Assembly: GCA_028534125.1 (NCBI GenBank)
Contig: CM052817.1
Span: 26,166,001-26,230,000 of the forward strand
Origin: Lama glama
Taxonomy: Eukaryota
Length of the DNA: 64,000 nt
Direction of reading: 5' to 3'
The notes below the pieces were generated by a model that ran no database searches, was not told the DNA's origin, and saw only the letters and a list, made by a program, of their open reading frames with translations. Within the stretch, counting starts at the first letter, position 1; every line of letters starts with the position of its first letter. Below are positions 63,672 through 64,000 of the stretch, in pieces. Position numbers and translations under genes: made by a program.

Positions 63672-64000
63672 ATAATGCTGCATTCTTGGTTTTATTTGAA
63701 ACAATGCATATTTTTAGCATTTTATGGTAGGATTTTACACTTGTCATTTACACAAATTACAAGGTTCTGCTTCAAGTCTTTAAAAAATTTTAAAAATTCA
63801 GCCCATGTGCAGCACAAGAATATGCAAAACTACTTTACATTATACACACTTTTTATCAAAGGAGATACAAAATTCTGGCTTGTAGTTTTAGACAAATACA
63901 GGAAGCTTCAAACTAGACACAAAGGGTTAACATTAATTCTCAAATATAAGTCTGCACTTTGTGTTGTATTTCTCTGAGATGTGAATACCAAATTCCTAAG
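63672..64000 (-). other. Probable 3' UTR terminus of a convergent gene (PDS5A by recalled synteny)
   Basis: Minus-strand AATAAA (TTTATT at 63691-63696), many minus-strand UGUA motifs upstream and GU-rich sequence downstream. Gene identity is inference from mammalian gene order. Confidence 0.55.

Noticed and set aside
1..64000. CRISPR array, operon or prokaryotic defence system
   Set aside because: Intron-containing mammalian locus with no regularly spaced repeats or compact gene clusters.

Overview
AT-rich, CpG-poor mammalian genomic DNA, probably camelid given six tRNA-Ala-derived Vic-1-like SINEs. It holds the 3' part of UBE2K (HIP2/E2-25K) on the + strand. Six coding exons (exons 2-7, 540 nt including the stop) splice into an open frame for about residues 22-200, covering the UBC domain (HPN motif, catalytic Cys) and the C-terminal UBA domain. 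Exon 1 and the promoter lie upstream of the window. A ~4.5 kb 3' UTR carries several poly(A) signals. The remainder is intron and ~20 kb of intergenic DNA dominated by L1, L2, MIR, MaLR and DNA-transposon fossils. The last ~330 bp look like the 3' end of a convergent minus-strand transcript, PDS5A by recalled synteny. The supplied ORF track misses the real exons, and its ORFs appear spurious or L1-derived. I found no new biological system. The best second-look items are a GC-AG intron, inverted SINEs bracketing exons 2-3, a palindromic (TA)n element, structured and regulatory motifs in the distal 3' UTR, and nested transposon insertions. Repeat family names are from recognition, not a database search, and repeat boundaries are approximate.
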